In this document: positions 30,160-41,791 of the stretch, piece after piece
Layout of the letters: each line of letters begins with the position of its first letter
Numbering within the stretch: position 1 is the stretch's first letter
Assembly (NCBI GenBank): GCA_047602425.1
Contig: JASGHG010000001.1
Span: 1,472,001-1,536,000, forward strand
DNA from: Nibricoccus sp.
GTDB lineage: Bacteria; Verrucomicrobiota; Verrucomicrobiia; Opitutales; Opitutaceae
Direction of reading: 5' to 3'
Length of the DNA: 64,000 bases
Made by a program: the position numbers and the translations under genes
The notes under the pieces: generated by a model
What the model saw: only the letters and a program-made list of their open reading frames with translations
The model's database searches: none
What the model was told of the DNA's origin: nothing

Positions 30160-32097
30160 ATGCGCAAAGTCCAAACGAAGTTGATCGTCCTCAGCATCGC
30201 AGCGATCTCCTGTGTCGTTTGTTTCGCAGGCCTGTTCTTTTACTCGGTCTATCGAGACTACAGCAAACTTTCGGACTTTCAGCAAACCACCCAAGTTTCC
30301 GCCGCCGCGTCCGAACTCGCCAGTAATCTCACGATCGAGCGCCAAACCGCCTATTCCACCGCGTGTTTTCTCGGTGACGAATCCCCGGCGAAACAGCTCG
30401 AGGCCTATCAAGCGCGCATTCAAGCGTCTCAAAGCAGCCTCACGAAACTCCAAACCTTGGCCAAGGCGAACGACGCCATCTTTTCCGATCGTTTCCGCAC
30501 CGGAATCAAAAATGCCATCGAAGCCGAGGCGGGCCTCAACTCGTTGCGCAAAGACATTCTCGACCCTACGCGCCCTCAGGAACGCAACGCCGAGTCGCCG
30601 TTGAAGACCCGCGCCCTCAAAACCTACGACGTCGCACTTCTCACCCAGGCCAATCTTCTTCCGCTCGTTTCCAACGAAAGCGACGACGCCGAACTCGTCC
30701 GCCGTATCGTGACGCAGGACAATCTCGCCCGCTTCCAAAAGGATATGTGGAAGCTGAAAGGCCTCATTGCCTCCGTGATTCGCACCAGCAAGGTCAGCGA
30801 AACCGCTCTCGGTGAAATCAAAACCAAACTCGTCAATATCGACGAACAAGTTGCCCGCCTGAACAGTTTCGCCGATCCCGCGGTCAGCGTCGCCGTCCAG
30901 CAACTCGTCAACAGTCCCGACTTTACCCGGATCGTCGCCATGGCCAATCGCTGCGTCGCCCTCGGCACGAAAGCGACCGATTTCAGCGAATTCGGCGACT
31001 ACAACAGTTACATGGCCGGTTTGAATATCCAGATCGAAGCCCCGTTCAATGCCCTCATCGCCCTCGGTTCCCACCAAGTCGATACCTACACGGCCAAGCG
31101 ACTCGCCTCCGGCCGCATCAACTTAATCCTCCTCGGCAGTTTCAGCGTGGTCGCCGTAATCGGCATCTCCCTTTTTATTCTTTATATCGCCCGCACCATA
31201 ACCCGTCCCCTCTTGAGTGTGAGCACCGCGCTCGGCGAAACCGCCGCCAACGCCAACCAATCCGCCCAAGCCATCAATCATTCCAGCAATCAGCTGAGTA
31301 ACGACGCCTGCGAACAAGCCGCCGCACTCGAGGAAATTTCCGCATCGATGAACGAACTCGCCAGCATGAACGAGTCGACGCAAACCCACATGAAAAAAAT
31401 GGCCTCCATGGCTACGGAAGCCATGGAATCGACGGCGCGCGGTACCAAAAACGTCGAGGAACTCACCGCCGCCCTCGTCGATATTCAAAAGTCCACCGCC
31501 GACGTCGCCTCCATCCTTAAGACGATCGACGAAATCGCCTTTCAAACCAACATTCTCGCGCTCAACGCCGCCATCGAAGCCGCCCGTGCCGGTGAAGCCG
31601 GAGCTGGGTTCGCTGTCGTCGCGGAAGAAGTGCGCAGCCTAGCTGCCCGCTCCGCCCAAGCCGCCCGCGAGACCGCGACAAAAATCGAATCCGCCGTCAA
31701 AAACAGCACGCACGGCAGCGATCTCGGCCAACGCGCCGAAAAACGGTTCTCCCAGATCTCCACCATCACGTCCGAGTATCACAAGATCGTGCGGGAAGTG
31801 GAGCTTGCCGCTCAACAAACCGCGGAAGGACTCGGTCAGGTCAACGCCGCCATCCAAAAGGTCGATCAAATCACCCAACGCACCGCTGGAGCCGCCGAAG
31901 AAAATGCCAGCGCTTCCACCGAGATGCGCTCCCAAGTCGAACATGTTTTCGAATACATCAAGGAACTCGAAGCCATGGTCATTTCCGAGAACCAAACGGG
32001 CGCCCTTGAGAATTCGGCGTCCGTCGCCGCTCTCGAATACGCGGTCCAGCCTCAAGTTGAGCCGCGAAAGGCTTCAAACGCCTCCGTCAAGTCCTGA
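30160..32097 (+). CDS. Methyl-accepting chemotaxis protein
   Basis: Two TM segments flanking a ~280 aa periplasmic domain, then [37 protein letters not shown]. Confidence 0.95.
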   Translation: MRKVQTKLIVLSIAAISCVVCFAGLFFYSVYRDYSKLSDFQQTTQVSAAASELASNLTIERQTAYSTACFLGDESPAKQLEAYQARIQASQSSLTKLQTLAKANDAIFSDRFRTGIKNAIEAEAGLNSLRKDILDPTRPQERNAESPLKTRALKTYDVALLTQANLLPLVSNESDDAELVRRIVTQDNLARFQKDMWKLKGLIASVIRTSKVSETALGEIKTKLVNIDEQVARLNSFADPAVSVAVQQLVNSPDFTRIVAMANRCVALGTKATDFSEFGDYNSYMAGLNIQIEAPFNALIALGSHQVDTYTAKRLASGRINLILLGSFSVVAVIGISLFILYIARTITRPLLSVSTALGETAANANQSAQAINHSSNQLSNDACEQAAALEEISASMNELASMNESTQTHMKKMASMATEAMESTARGTKNVEELTAALVDIQKSTADVASILKTIDEIAFQTNILALNAAIEAARAGEAGAGFAVVAEEVRSLAARSAQAARETATKIESAVKNSTHGSDLGQRAEKRFSQISTITSEYHKIVREVELAAQQTAEGLGQVNAAIQKVDQITQRTAGAAEENASASTEMRSQVEHVFEYIKELEAMVISENQTGALENSASVAALEYAVQPQVEPRKASNASVKS

Positions 32098-32335
32098 GAG
32101 GTTCCGTCTTTTCGAACTTAAAAGGGTAGGTTATGGCTGCTCGAGCGAAGAGACCCAATCTCGTTATCCTTAAATTGCTGTTTTTAAATTGATTATACTA
32201 TAATCTTAACTGCGGGAGTCAGGTAAAAACAAGGCCTGCGCCGCCGTTCGAACTTATAAGGCGCAACCCTATGACGGTTTACTGACCGCTCATTTCTGGT
32301 CGGAGCCCGCGGGTTGGAATAGGGTCGGCGGCGTT

Positions 32336-32902
32336 ATGCACCTTGTTCCGCTCATGCCTGACACGCTTGTGGAAACCCAACGCTTGGCCGCAGAACTGTT
32401 CCCGTGGGAGCACGAGCACCAATCCGCGCTCGCCGCCGCCATCGCTCCCGCCCATCACGCCGCTTTTTTCCGCGAGCGCCAACTCTCAACCGTCGAGTTT
32501 TGGACTCCCCTCAACGAAAACCGGGTCGCCGACCTCGCCGGTCTCTATCACTACGCCGATCAACCGCATGAAGCCTGGCTCGCTTGGTATGGCCTGCATT
32601 CCACGGCTCGCGGCAACGGCCAAGGCACGGCGCTCCTGAAGTGGATCATCGCCCACGCCGCCGCCCAACGGAAAAACACACTCCGTCTTTGGACGACCGA
32701 CGAAGCCGAATACGCCAAAGCCCTCTCCCTGTATCAGGCATACGGTTTTCGCACAGAACTCTGGTCGGCCCTTCCCGGCGAAACCTGGCACACCTACGTG
32801 TTGACCCTCAGCCTCGATGGCCACGAACCGCTCCCCTGGTCCCAATGCCATTCCCACCACGAACTCTGCGGCCGCGAAACCCCTCACCTCGTCGCCGCCT
32901 GA
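32336..32902 (+). CDS. GNAT family N-acetyltransferase
   Basis: ARGNGQGTALL acetyl-CoA motif and A.SLYQAYGF. Confidence 0.85.
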   Translation: MHLVPLMPDTLVETQRLAAELFPWEHEHQSALAAAIAPAHHAAFFRERQLSTVEFWTPLNENRVADLAGLYHYADQPHEAWLAWYGLHSTARGNGQGTALLKWIIAHAAAQRKNTLRLWTTDEAEYAKALSLYQAYGFRTELWSALPGETWHTYVLTLSLDGHEPLPWSQCHSHHELCGRETPHLVAA

Positions 32903-32938
32903 CCGCCGCGTTCACTCCGCCGCACCCTCACAACACGC

Positions 32939-33048
32939 TTGTCATCCAATAAATGACAAACCGCCAAAATCCCTCCCCCTAAAAATACCTCCGAGTCTTC
33001 TCATAGCGCAATGCCCCCAAACCAGTTTGTCATCTAATGGATGACAAA
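32939..33048. repeat. Pair of TGTCAT-N7-ATGACA palindromes (locus 1)
   Basis: TTGTCATCCAATAAATGACAA (32939-32959) and TTTGTCATCTAATGGATGACAAA (33026-33048). Confidence 0.8.
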
Positions 33049-33226
33049 ATTGCTGGGCAGGTAGGCGCTCGCGCACTACATTGCGTGCACTTCGGGAGAG
33101 CTTATGCTGCCGAGCGGAACGGGGCTACAAATTTTCCATCTCAGTTTTGCTGACCCGTCGACTACCTTCACCGTCACCCACCCCTCGCACCATGCGTCTC
33201 TTTTGCTGTCCAACTCGCTACCTCCA

Positions 33227-33637
33227 ATGAAAAAAGCTCTTTTGTTTATCCTCAGTCTATTCTTCGCCACGTCTTGCTTTGCTACGGACGGGCTCGATGT
33301 TTTTCGCGCCGGATTGCAAGCGTTTCAAACCAATGGTGCCGATGCCCTGCTGAGCACGTGGTACACGCAGGATGAACAGGAAAAACTCACCGGTCTGCGC
33401 AAGCGGCTGACTTCGATGACCGAACATCTCGGCACCGTCATCGATACGGAGGTCTTCGCGCCGAAGGATCTCGGGCGCCATGTACAACGCCTTTATGGTG
33501 TGATCTATTTCCAAAAGCGCCCGATCTGGCTGCGCGCCGAATATTATACAATCGATGGTCGCGGCGGCTTCATCTCTCTGGAATTTTCCAGGGAAGCGAG
33601 CGAGATCCTGCCCGTCGAAGTGAAAGTCGCGAACTGA
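33227..33637 (+). CDS. Hypothetical secreted protein
   Basis: Signal peptide MKKALLFILSLFFATSCFA. Confidence 0.75.
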   Translation: MKKALLFILSLFFATSCFATDGLDVFRAGLQAFQTNGADALLSTWYTQDEQEKLTGLRKRLTSMTEHLGTVIDTEVFAPKDLGRHVQRLYGVIYFQKRPIWLRAEYYTIDGRGGFISLEFSREASEILPVEVKVAN

Positions 33638-33840
33638 GCAAAAATCGCAGCCGTTTTTCGGTTCGGCTACACCGAGCGTACAGCGAACCACCCACAACTA
33701 GAGATGCATGCTGGTTCGTCTTTGATCAATCACTCGTTTTGCTCAAAAAGTTGGTTTCAGTTTTCTGATCCATTCACGAATCTCCGTCCCACTGGCGTGC
33801 CCTCGTGTAAGTCGTCCGAGGGCAATGTCCTCTACACTGC

Positions 33841-34959
33841 TCAGTCTTCTTCGTCTCCGGCGCGCGTGGGCACGTATTCCTGGCCCGTCAGCGCGGCAAA
33901 CTTTTGCTTAAAATCCTCCCGCTGCAACGACTCGACGACTTGGTCGATCTGGCCCTCCATGACCTGCGGTAGATTGTACAATGTAAGCCCGATGCGATGA
34001 TCGGTCAGCCGATTCTGCGGAAAGTTGTAGGTACGGATGCGTTCGCTTCTTCCACCCGAACCAATCTGACTACGACGGTGCTCTGCATATTTCGCATGCT
34101 CTTCGTCTTCCTTCATCTTCAGCAGGCGCGAGCGCAGCACGGTTAGCGCCTTGGCTTTGTTTTTCAGCTGCGAACGTTCGTCGGCGCATTGCACCATCAG
34201 GCCCGAGGGTTTGTGCAAAATCTGGACCGCAGAGTCGGTCGTATTGACACCTTGCCCGCCCGGTCCGCTCGCGCGGCAGACGGAGATTTCCAAATCCTGC
34301 GGGTCGATCTGCACATCGACTTCCTCAGCCTCGGGCAGCACCGCGACGGTCACCGTTGAAGTGTGAATGCGGCCGTTGGCCTCCGTCACCGGCACGCGCT
34401 GCACGCGGTGTACGCCGCTCTCGAATTTCAATTGTTTATAGACGTCGGTTCCGGTGATGAGAAAAATCACTTCCTTCATGCCGCCGCGATCCGAGCCGCT
34501 GGTGCTCATGGGCTGGATTTTCCAGCCGTGGTTGTCGGCATATTTTGAATACAATCTGAAAAGCTCCGCGGCGAACAAGCTCGCTTCGTCGCCGCCCGTG
34601 CCGGCGCGAATTTCCATGACGGTGTTGCGCGAATCGCTCGCGTCCGGCGGAATCATCGCGGCGAGAATCGTCCCGTGAAGCTGTTCCACTTTGCGCTCGA
34701 GGTCCGGCAATTCCGCTCCGGCCAATTCCTTCAAATCCGGATCGCCCGCTGGGTCCTTCAGCAGCGCCTGCGCCTCAGCGATTTCGCGTTTCGTTTTTTC
34801 GTAGGTGTGGTGATCGTTGACCAGCTGCAAAACCTTTTGCTGCTCGCGGCTGACCTCAGCGGCCTTCCGCGGGTTGGAGTAAAACGACGGGTCGGCCATC
34901 TGCGCATCGAGTTCGTCGAGGCGGCGTTGAAACGGGGCGATGTCGGGCAGTTGATCCAT
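33841..34959 (-). CDS. prfA: Peptide chain release factor 1
   Basis: PVT anticodon-mimic in RVQRVPVTE, GGQ motif, ERIRTYNFPQNR. Confidence 0.97.
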   Translation of the reverse strand: MDQLPDIAPFQRRLDELDAQMADPSFYSNPRKAAEVSREQQKVLQLVNDHHTYEKTKREIAEAQALLKDPAGDPDLKELAGAELPDLERKVEQLHGTILAAMIPPDASDSRNTVMEIRAGTGGDEASLFAAELFRLYSKYADNHGWKIQPMSTSGSDRGGMKEVIFLITGTDVYKQLKFESGVHRVQRVPVTEANGRIHTSTVTVAVLPEAEEVDVQIDPQDLEISVCRASGPGGQGVNTTDSAVQILHKPSGLMVQCADERSQLKNKAKALTVLRSRLLKMKEDEEHAKYAEHRRSQIGSGGRSERIRTYNFPQNRLTDHRIGLTLYNLPQVMEGQIDQVVESLQREDFKQKFAALTGQEYVPTRAGDEED

Positions 34960-35097
34960 GGAAAATTGAAAATGTTCGGCGGACAGTGAGACGGGAGCGG
35001 CGGCAGGCGGGAGGGCGATTTGCGAATTGCGCCAGCGGCACAATACGGCTTGCTTGGGCGAAACGACGTGCGCTTCCCCTAGAGGTGCTGATCCGAT

Positions 35098-36123
35098 ATG
35101 GCTACCACACTTTTCACGCAGAACATCATCGCCTGTATTTGGGACTTCGACAAGACCCTAATCCCGGAATACATGCAGACGCCGCTTTTTCGGCGCTACG
35201 GGATTAACGAGTCCAACTTCTGGGCCGAGACCAACGCCCTAGTCGAACACTATCGCCAGCGTGGCTACCATCTTTCCGGCGAGATCGCCTACCTCAACCA
35301 TCTGCTCACCTACGTGCTCGCCGGCGAAATGCCGAAGTTAAACAACAAAATCCTCCGCGAGTGCGGCGGCGCGATCAAGTTCTACCCTGGCCTCCCGCAG
35401 TTCTTCGACGTGGCGAAGGAATGGGTCGGCGAAAAAGAAATTTACCGCAAACATGAGATCCAACTCGAACACTACATCGTCAGCACCGGCCTCGCCGAAA
35501 TCGTCCGCGGCAGCGCGATCGCCCCGCACGTCGACGGCATCTGGGGCTGCGAATTCATCGAGAACCCACTCCAACCCGGCTTCCTAAAACAAAAGGAAAT
35601 GGATCTCTCCGCCGAGGCCGAGATCGCGCAACTGTCCACGATCATCGACAACACCACCAAAACCCGCGCCCTCTTCGAAATCAACAAAGGCACGAACAAA
35701 AACCCCGCGATCGACGTCAACGCCAACATCGCTCCCGAGGATCGCCGCATCCCTTTCCAAAACATGATCTACATCGCGGACGGCCCGAGCGACATCCCAA
35801 GTTTCTCCGTGGTGAAAAAAGGCGGCGGCAAAGCCTACGCCGTGCACAACCCGGCCCGAACCGACGAATTCGCCCAAAACGACCGCCTGCGCCAGGTCGG
35901 CCGCATCGACCACTACGGCCCGGCCGACTACACCTCGAACAGCAGCACGTTCCACTGGCTCAAGCTGCACATCCAAGCGATGTGCGATCGCGTCGTCTCC
36001 GATCGCGAGATCGCCGTCGCCTCGCGCGTATCCAAACCACCACGACACCTGAATTCCACGCCCGAGGAAGAAGCCGCCAAACGGATCGCCAAGGGACCGA
36101 AGCAGGCGACATTCTTGGAATGA
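35098..36123 (+). CDS. HAD-superfamily hydrolase
   Basis: Motif I WDFDKTL, YIVSTG, motif IV IADGPSDIP. Confidence 0.88.
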   Translation: MATTLFTQNIIACIWDFDKTLIPEYMQTPLFRRYGINESNFWAETNALVEHYRQRGYHLSGEIAYLNHLLTYVLAGEMPKLNNKILRECGGAIKFYPGLPQFFDVAKEWVGEKEIYRKHEIQLEHYIVSTGLAEIVRGSAIAPHVDGIWGCEFIENPLQPGFLKQKEMDLSAEAEIAQLSTIIDNTTKTRALFEINKGTNKNPAIDVNANIAPEDRRIPFQNMIYIADGPSDIPSFSVVKKGGGKAYAVHNPARTDEFAQNDRLRQVGRIDHYGPADYTSNSSTFHWLKLHIQAMCDRVVSDREIAVASRVSKPPRHLNSTPEEEAAKRIAKGPKQATFLE

Positions 36124-36210
36124 GCCTGTGCTAAACCAGGCGTTGCAGCCAAAACGAATGCCCGAAGCTTCCACCGTCCCGCCTGCCCGCGCACGAGGAT
36201 TGTCAGGTGG

Positions 36211-36504
36211 TCTTTTCGCTTCTGCGCCGCCACCCTTCGGCCCGTAGCAAAGTCTTTTCGGTTCTTCGCGTGAACCGTTCGCTGCGTAGCTATTCCCATT
36301 CGCCTGTTCGCTGACTCCATTCGGTTCACAGCCATCTCCGTTTGCTTCGTAGACGGGACTTTTCGCTTCATAGCGCATAGTTTTCGGCCGCTAGCGGAAC
36401 CCGTTCGGTTCGTAACCGGAACTTTTCGGCTTATAGCTGACACTTTTCGGTCCATAGCTAGAACTTTTCGCTTCATAGCTAAGACTTTCCGGTTGATAGC
36501 TAAA
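36211..36504. repeat. Degenerate tandem array, 21-nt period, 14 units
   Basis: Units ACTTTTCGGCTTATAGCTGAC, ACTTTTCGGTCCATAGCTAGA, ACTTTTCGCTTCATAGCTAAG and others, in exact register from 36211. Confidence 0.85.
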
Positions 36505-36753
36505 TTCATTTTTGTCGCCTACGCCCCTATGTGACTGCGACTTATGGTACTTTTCTAGCTAGGATATACCTTCTGCAAACTGAGGCATCTTCAACTCCAT
36601 CCGCCCCCCTTGCAGCACGATGTATCACAACGGCTCAAGTCCAAATATCGTGTTTGGATACAGGTTCTTGTGTAATCGGCGAGACCCGCGAATTCCCAAA
36701 AAATCCCCCGCAAGATGCAGGACCGGGTGCCGATAACAGAAGAGCCAAGCGAT

Positions 36754-39700
36754 ATGAGATCAGGCCTTATCACTTCGACACTGCTGTTTCTCCGCAACAG
36801 TTGGGGAACCCTTTTGGTTTTAGCCGCGTTTTATCTGACAGCGGGCACCTCTGCCTTTGCACAAATCGCCCCCGAATCGCCGACCGCCAACGTCGCTCCC
36901 GCGGCGACTGCCAGCATCCCCACCCCCAGCGTTCCTGCCATCGCATCCGCGGTTGAAAACAAAATTCTCCAATCCGCGGCGGAGGTCCGCCTGCTCAAGA
37001 CCACTCCTCCCGACGGAAATACCAAACCCGTCGCCTTGAAAGGCGTCGTCACCTTTGTTCATGCCGAGCGTCAGACTTTTTACCTGACTGATCCCACCGC
37101 CAGCGTCGCGGTTTCACTGGCCGATGAACGACTGACCCTGCCGCTGGTGGGCGATTTGGTGTCGCTCACGGGAACCGCCGCAACAGGTTCACGAATTCCC
37201 ACGGTCCGCGCCAATGCTATTGTGGTGGAACAAAAGGTTGTGCTTCCGCCCGCGCAGGAAACTTCGTTCGAGTCCGCGCTTTCCGGCAACGAGGATGCCC
37301 AGTGGATCGAGCTCCAGGGCCAATTGCGTCAGGTCGACGTACTCGACAGCTGGGTTCGTCTCAACCTGACGACTGCGACAGGGGACTTTTCAGTCAGCAT
37401 TCCTTCAGGCGAACGCCCTCCCGCCGCCGTCGGCGCCACACTCCGCGTCCGCGGCATCTGCTCGACGTGGATGGTGTCGCGCACTCAAAAAATTGGCGGT
37501 TTCTTTTTGTTCACCCCTTCGGTTTCCAATCTCGACGTCATCAATTCCGTCGCCTCGGACGCGACTTCGCTCACTCAGGTCAACCAGCTGCAACGACTCC
37601 GCGCCGAAGAAGCAAAAGCCGGCCGGTCCGCCGTGCTGCGCGGCGTCGTCACCTTCGCTCATCCCGACCAGCGCATCTTCTATATCAACGACGCAACGGG
37701 TGGCGTGCTCGTATGGATCGACGAATCCACCGTCTCGCTCAATGCAAAGGACCCTGCGGACCGTACCGCGTCGCTTCCCCCGGTCGGTTCCTTCGTCACC
37801 GTGCGCGGCCGCACCAGTGTCGGTGTATTTTCCGCCAGTCTGCACGCCGACGAAATCGAAATCCGCGGCTCACGCCCTTTGCCCGTGCCAAAAGCCATCA
37901 GCCTGGAACAGGCCTACACCGGTTCGGAGGATGGCCAATGGGTGGAAATGCGCGGACATCTGCGCCAGATTGACGTATTCGGAAATTGGCTACGCCTGAC
38001 TCTCACGGCCAACGTGGGCGACTTCCTCGTGAGCATTCCGCGGGCAGCAGGGACCGATGTTAAAATTGGCTCGTTCCTCAAAGTGCGCGGCGTCTGCCAG
38101 CCGTGGCTGAATGAAAAATCCCGCGTGGGCGGAATCTTTCTCTACACTCCGTCGCTGAATAACATCGAGGTGGCCGAGGCCGCCCTCGCCGATCCCTTCG
38201 CCGCACCCGAGGAAACCATCAACAACCTCCAACAATACCGGACACAGACCTTGCAGCAGCAGCAGGTGCTCGTTCGCGGTGTCGTTCTCCACCAAATGCC
38301 GGGCCGCTACGTCGTCGTTCAAAATGCGACGGGCGTGGTGCGAGCCCTCAGCCGCGACGATTCAAGTTTGGTCCCCGGCGACCAGGTCGACGTGGTGGGC
38401 TTTCCCGGTCGTCAGGGAAATCGCTCCGTCTTGCGCGGTGCGGTATTCCGGCGCACCGCCTCCGGGCCCGCGCCGACTCCGGCGCCACTGAGCCCGCAAG
38501 AGGGACAAAAGGTCGACCCGAAGTTGGATGGCCGCCTCGTCACCGTGACGGGGTCGTTGGTCAACCTGTCGTGGCGTCCCGAGGATACGCGACTCATGGT
38601 TCAGGTGGGCAAGGCCGTGATGGAGATTGTCTATCAGGGCGAACTACCCGCCAGCGTCCCGGATCAATGGGAAACCGGAAGCGAAATCACGGTCACCGGC
38701 CTCTATTGGGCCGAATACGACGACAACGATCTACCGACAAAATTTTCGCTTCAGCTCCGTTCGCCGAACGATATTGTCGTCCTAAAAAACCCTTCGTGGT
38801 GGACCGCCGGCCGTGCGCTGACCGGTCTCGGATTGTTCGCCGGATGTCTTGTTCTCGGATTGGCGTGGGTCGCCGTTCTGAAACGCAGGGTGTTGCGGCA
38901 AACCAACGTCATCCGGGAGCAGCTCGAAAAAGAAGCCAACTTGCAGGTTCGCCACGGCGAAATCATTGCGAATGCGAGCGATTTTATTTTCACCACGGAC
39001 CTCGAGGGCAGATTCACGTCCTTCAATCCCGCCGGCGAACGCAGCATGGGATACAGCGCCACCGAGGCGCTTCAAATCGGAATCCGCGATTTGATCGCGG
39101 GCGAAGACGCCGCAATCGGCGACGCATTGCTCTCACTTGCTCACAAGTCCGAGCATACGCCGGCCGCACGGTTTGAAACTCGCTTCAAAACCCGCGAAGG
39201 CAAACTCGTCTGGATGGAAACAAGCGCGCGACCCATTCATGAAGCGGGACGTCCCGCGGGCCTCCTGGGCATCGCTCGCGACATCACGGAGCGCAAACAA
39301 ATCGAGGACGAGTTGCGCCGTGCACGCGCCGCTGCCGAAACAACCACCCAGGCCAAAAGCGCCTTCCTGGCCAATATGAGCCATGAGATCCGCACGCCAC
39401 TCAGCGGCGTGATCGGCATGAGCAACCTTTTGCTTGATACAACGCTCCAGCCGGAGCAACGCGATTTCGCCGAAACCATTCACAACAGCGCCCAATCGCT
39501 GATGACGATCCTCAACGACATCCTCGACTTTTCAAAAATCGAGGCCGGCAAACTTCAATTCGAGAACGCCGCGTTCGACCTCACTTCGCCCATTGAAGAC
39601 TCGCTTTCCCTGCTCACCGCCCGCGCCAGCGCCAAGGAAATTCATCTCCTTTCCGATATCGCGCCCGACCTGCCTCGCTACGTGATGGGCGACCCCGGAC

Positions 39701-40902
39701 GGCTGCGTCAGGTCCTGCTGAACCTCGTCGGCAACGCGGTGAAATTCACCGAGAAGGGCGAGGTGGTCGTCGCCGTCAGCCGCGTCGACGAAACCAACTC
39801 CCATATCCAATTGCGTTTCGAGGTCAGCGACACTGGCGTCGGCATGAGCGAGGAAACTCTGCAGCAACTTTTCAATCCTTTCTCTCAAGCCGATGCTTCA
39901 ACCACCCGGCGCTTCGGTGGCACCGGACTCGGACTCGCGATCAGCAAACAGCTTGTTGAAATGATGGGCGGAAGAATCGGTGTCCACAGTCAATTGGGCC
40001 ATGGCTCCACGTTTTGGTTCACCGTGCGGTTGGAAAAACAGCCGGGGGCCAACGTCGTCGCGGCGCCGGCTCTGGTGGATACGTTCACCGGCAAGCGCGT
40101 GCTCGTCGTCGACAGCCACGCCACCAGCCTGAAGATCGTTGGCCAATATCTCGAAGCATGGAAACTGCGTTGCGATGTCGCCAAATCAAAGGATGAAGCG
40201 ATCAACCTCGCGACGGCCGCCGCCCAGGCCGGGGATCCCTATCGACTCACGATCCTCGACAACGACATGTTCGAAATTGATGGCGTCGCCCTGGCGAAAA
40301 CGCTGCGACAGATTTCTCCGTATCAAAATCTCCTGTTCATTCTCCTCACTTCGCTCGACCGCCAGTTGGCGCGGCAGGAGCTTCCCGCCATCGGAGTGCG
40401 ACGTGTATTGAGGAAGCCGATACGCCAGGATGACCTGAAGCGCGCGCTCCTCCGGCTGCTCGGCGACAATGCCGACGCCGACTCAAATCCGCAGCAAAAC
40501 GCATCTTCCGAACTCCCCGCCGCACCCCAAATCGATTCCAAGCTCCGTATCATTGTGGCCGAGGACAATCTGGTGAACCAACGCATCATCGACATGCAGT
40601 TGAAAAAGCTCGGCCTCCGTACCGACCTCGCCGCAAGCGGCCACGAACTTCTCTCCGCGATGGAAAACAAGCCGTACGACCTCGTGCTTATGGATTGCCA
40701 GATGCCTGAGATGGACGGGTATGAAGCCACACGCCGCATCAGGACCAGCGGACGATTCCCCAGCCTCCGCATTGTCGCCATGACCGCCAACGCCATGCAG
40801 GGCGATCGCGAAAAATGCCTCGCAGCCGGCATGGACGACTACATGAGCAAGCCCATCAGGGTGGATGAATTGCGCCGCGTGCTCGGATTCAAAAACAGTT
40901 AG
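36754..40902 (+). CDS. Hybrid sensor histidine kinase (repeated OB-fold-like extracellular modules, PAS, HisKA, HATPase, 2 REC)
   Basis: [48 protein letters not shown] and an internally duplicated N-terminus. Confidence 0.93.
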   Translation: MRSGLITSTLLFLRNSWGTLLVLAAFYLTAGTSAFAQIAPESPTANVAPAATASIPTPSVPAIASAVENKILQSAAEVRLLKTTPPDGNTKPVALKGVVTFVHAERQTFYLTDPTASVAVSLADERLTLPLVGDLVSLTGTAATGSRIPTVRANAIVVEQKVVLPPAQETSFESALSGNEDAQWIELQGQLRQVDVLDSWVRLNLTTATGDFSVSIPSGERPPAAVGATLRVRGICSTWMVSRTQKIGGFFLFTPSVSNLDVINSVASDATSLTQVNQLQRLRAEEAKAGRSAVLRGVVTFAHPDQRIFYINDATGGVLVWIDESTVSLNAKDPADRTASLPPVGSFVTVRGRTSVGVFSASLHADEIEIRGSRPLPVPKAISLEQAYTGSEDGQWVEMRGHLRQIDVFGNWLRLTLTANVGDFLVSIPRAAGTDVKIGSFLKVRGVCQPWLNEKSRVGGIFLYTPSLNNIEVAEAALADPFAAPEETINNLQQYRTQTLQQQQVLVRGVVLHQMPGRYVVVQNATGVVRALSRDDSSLVPGDQVDVVGFPGRQGNRSVLRGAVFRRTASGPAPTPAPLSPQEGQKVDPKLDGRLVTVTGSLVNLSWRPEDTRLMVQVGKAVMEIVYQGELPASVPDQWETGSEITVTGLYWAEYDDNDLPTKFSLQLRSPNDIVVLKNPSWWTAGRALTGLGLFAGCLVLGLAWVAVLKRRVLRQTNVIREQLEKEANLQVRHGEIIANASDFIFTTDLEGRFTSFNPAGERSMGYSATEALQIGIRDLIAGEDAAIGDALLSLAHKSEHTPAARFETRFKTREGKLVWMETSARPIHEAGRPAGLLGIARDITERKQIEDELRRARAAAETTTQAKSAFLANMSHEIRTPLSGVIGMSNLLLDTTLQPEQRDFAETIHNSAQSLMTILNDILDFSKIEAGKLQFENAAFDLTSPIEDSLSLLTARASAKEIHLLSDIAPDLPRYVMGDPGRLRQVLLNLVGNAVKFTEKGEVVVAVSRVDETNSHIQLRFEVSDTGVGMSEETLQQLFNPFSQADASTTRRFGGTGLGLAISKQLVEMMGGRIGVHSQLGHGSTFWFTVRLEKQPGANVVAAPALVDTFTGKRVLVVDSHATSLKIVGQYLEAWKLRCDVAKSKDEAINLATAAAQAGDPYRLTILDNDMFEIDGVALAKTLRQISPYQNLLFILLTSLDRQLARQELPAIGVRRVLRKPIRQDDLKRALLRLLGDNADADSNPQQNASSELPAAPQIDSKLRIIVAEDNLVNQRIIDMQLKKLGLRTDLAASGHELLSAMENKPYDLVLMDCQMPEMDGYEATRRIRTSGRFPSLRIVAMTANAMQGDREKCLAAGMDDYMSKPIRVDELRRVLGFKNS

Positions 40903-41070
40903 AGCACATACGATAAAACTGTAGCCGTAAATCGGTATTACAAACCGAGCTGTCTTCGTAGGGGCGCAGTCTTGCTGCGCCCTTTCTGTGGCAAAGCCAA
41001 ACCGGGCGCAGCAAGACTGCGCCCCTACAGCCGAAGTTGTGCGGTTATGACATTTTTAAAAATGCTCTAG
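40900..41070. repeat. MITE-like element (TAGAGCA...TGCTCTA ends) containing a GTAG REP doublet
   Basis: Perfect IR GTAGGGGCGCAGTCTTGCTGCGCCC / GGGCGCAGCAAGACTGCGCCCCTAC (40958-41028) inside the outer IR. Confidence 0.7.
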
Positions 41071-41117
41071 CCCCCATTTCCATCCTCGGCGCTGGCAGGA
41101 AGGCGCCGCTTCGCGGG

Positions 41118-41663
41118 TCAACCTTGGGGCGGTTTTACCGGTTCGGTAACGACTACCGTGCTTTCAACCGGCGAAGGAGCCTGACGACTTTCCACCAGAT
41201 TGGCCACCCGCTGCGCATAATATTTGCTGGTTTCGGAGGCGCGATTGTTCAGCGTCGCATGCAAACCGGCGTTCCATGCGAGGCCGATGTGGTAAGGCGT
41301 CACCTCCAGCTTGTTCCGCTCCAGCCCCCGCTTGATCCATTCGTAGTGGGCTTCGGCCACGATTTTCGCCTCGGCATTGTCCGCCGCGAGCGAGAAGGGT
41401 TTCTTTGTGTAAGCGTACCAAACGGTAGGTCTAAATTGGAACGGTCCTAGTTCCCCGCGCCGGCCGATGCGCGTGGAATTGTGGGGATTTTCCACGTCAT
41501 GGATCGCATCGAGCACCTCAGTGCGTTCCCACGCATGGGCGATCTGAGTCGATCCCAAAAGAGTCATGCCCGCCACAACCAACCGCCACAAACTGACAGC
41601 CCGACGTGAAAGAGAGAATGCACACAAACCAGCTCCGGATTGTGTCTGAGTGCTTGGTTTCAT
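41118..41663 (-). CDS. Small lysozyme/lytic-transglycosylase-like protein
   Basis: Signal-like N-terminus, then LDAIHDVEN...GRRGELGPFQF...W and LAWNAG, an SLT-like motif set. Confidence 0.7.
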   Translation of the reverse strand: MKPSTQTQSGAGLCAFSLSRRAVSLWRLVVAGMTLLGSTQIAHAWERTEVLDAIHDVENPHNSTRIGRRGELGPFQFRPTVWYAYTKKPFSLAADNAEAKIVAEAHYEWIKRGLERNKLEVTPYHIGLAWNAGLHATLNNRASETSKYYAQRVANLVESRQAPSPVESTVVVTEPVKPPQG

Positions 41664-41791
41664 AAGCGCCGCGCGGGTGGGCTGCCTTAAGACAAGTATC
41701 GACAACACCGGTTCTGGCAAGAACCGGGAAAATTTTTACAGCTTAGATGCAAACAGGATCGTCTCTCTCGACCGATACCCTGGCGCAAAGG

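Noticed and set aside
36211..36504. Diversity-generating retroelement TR/VR
   Set aside because: There is no reverse transcriptase and no pair of ~100-bp repeats differing only at adenines.
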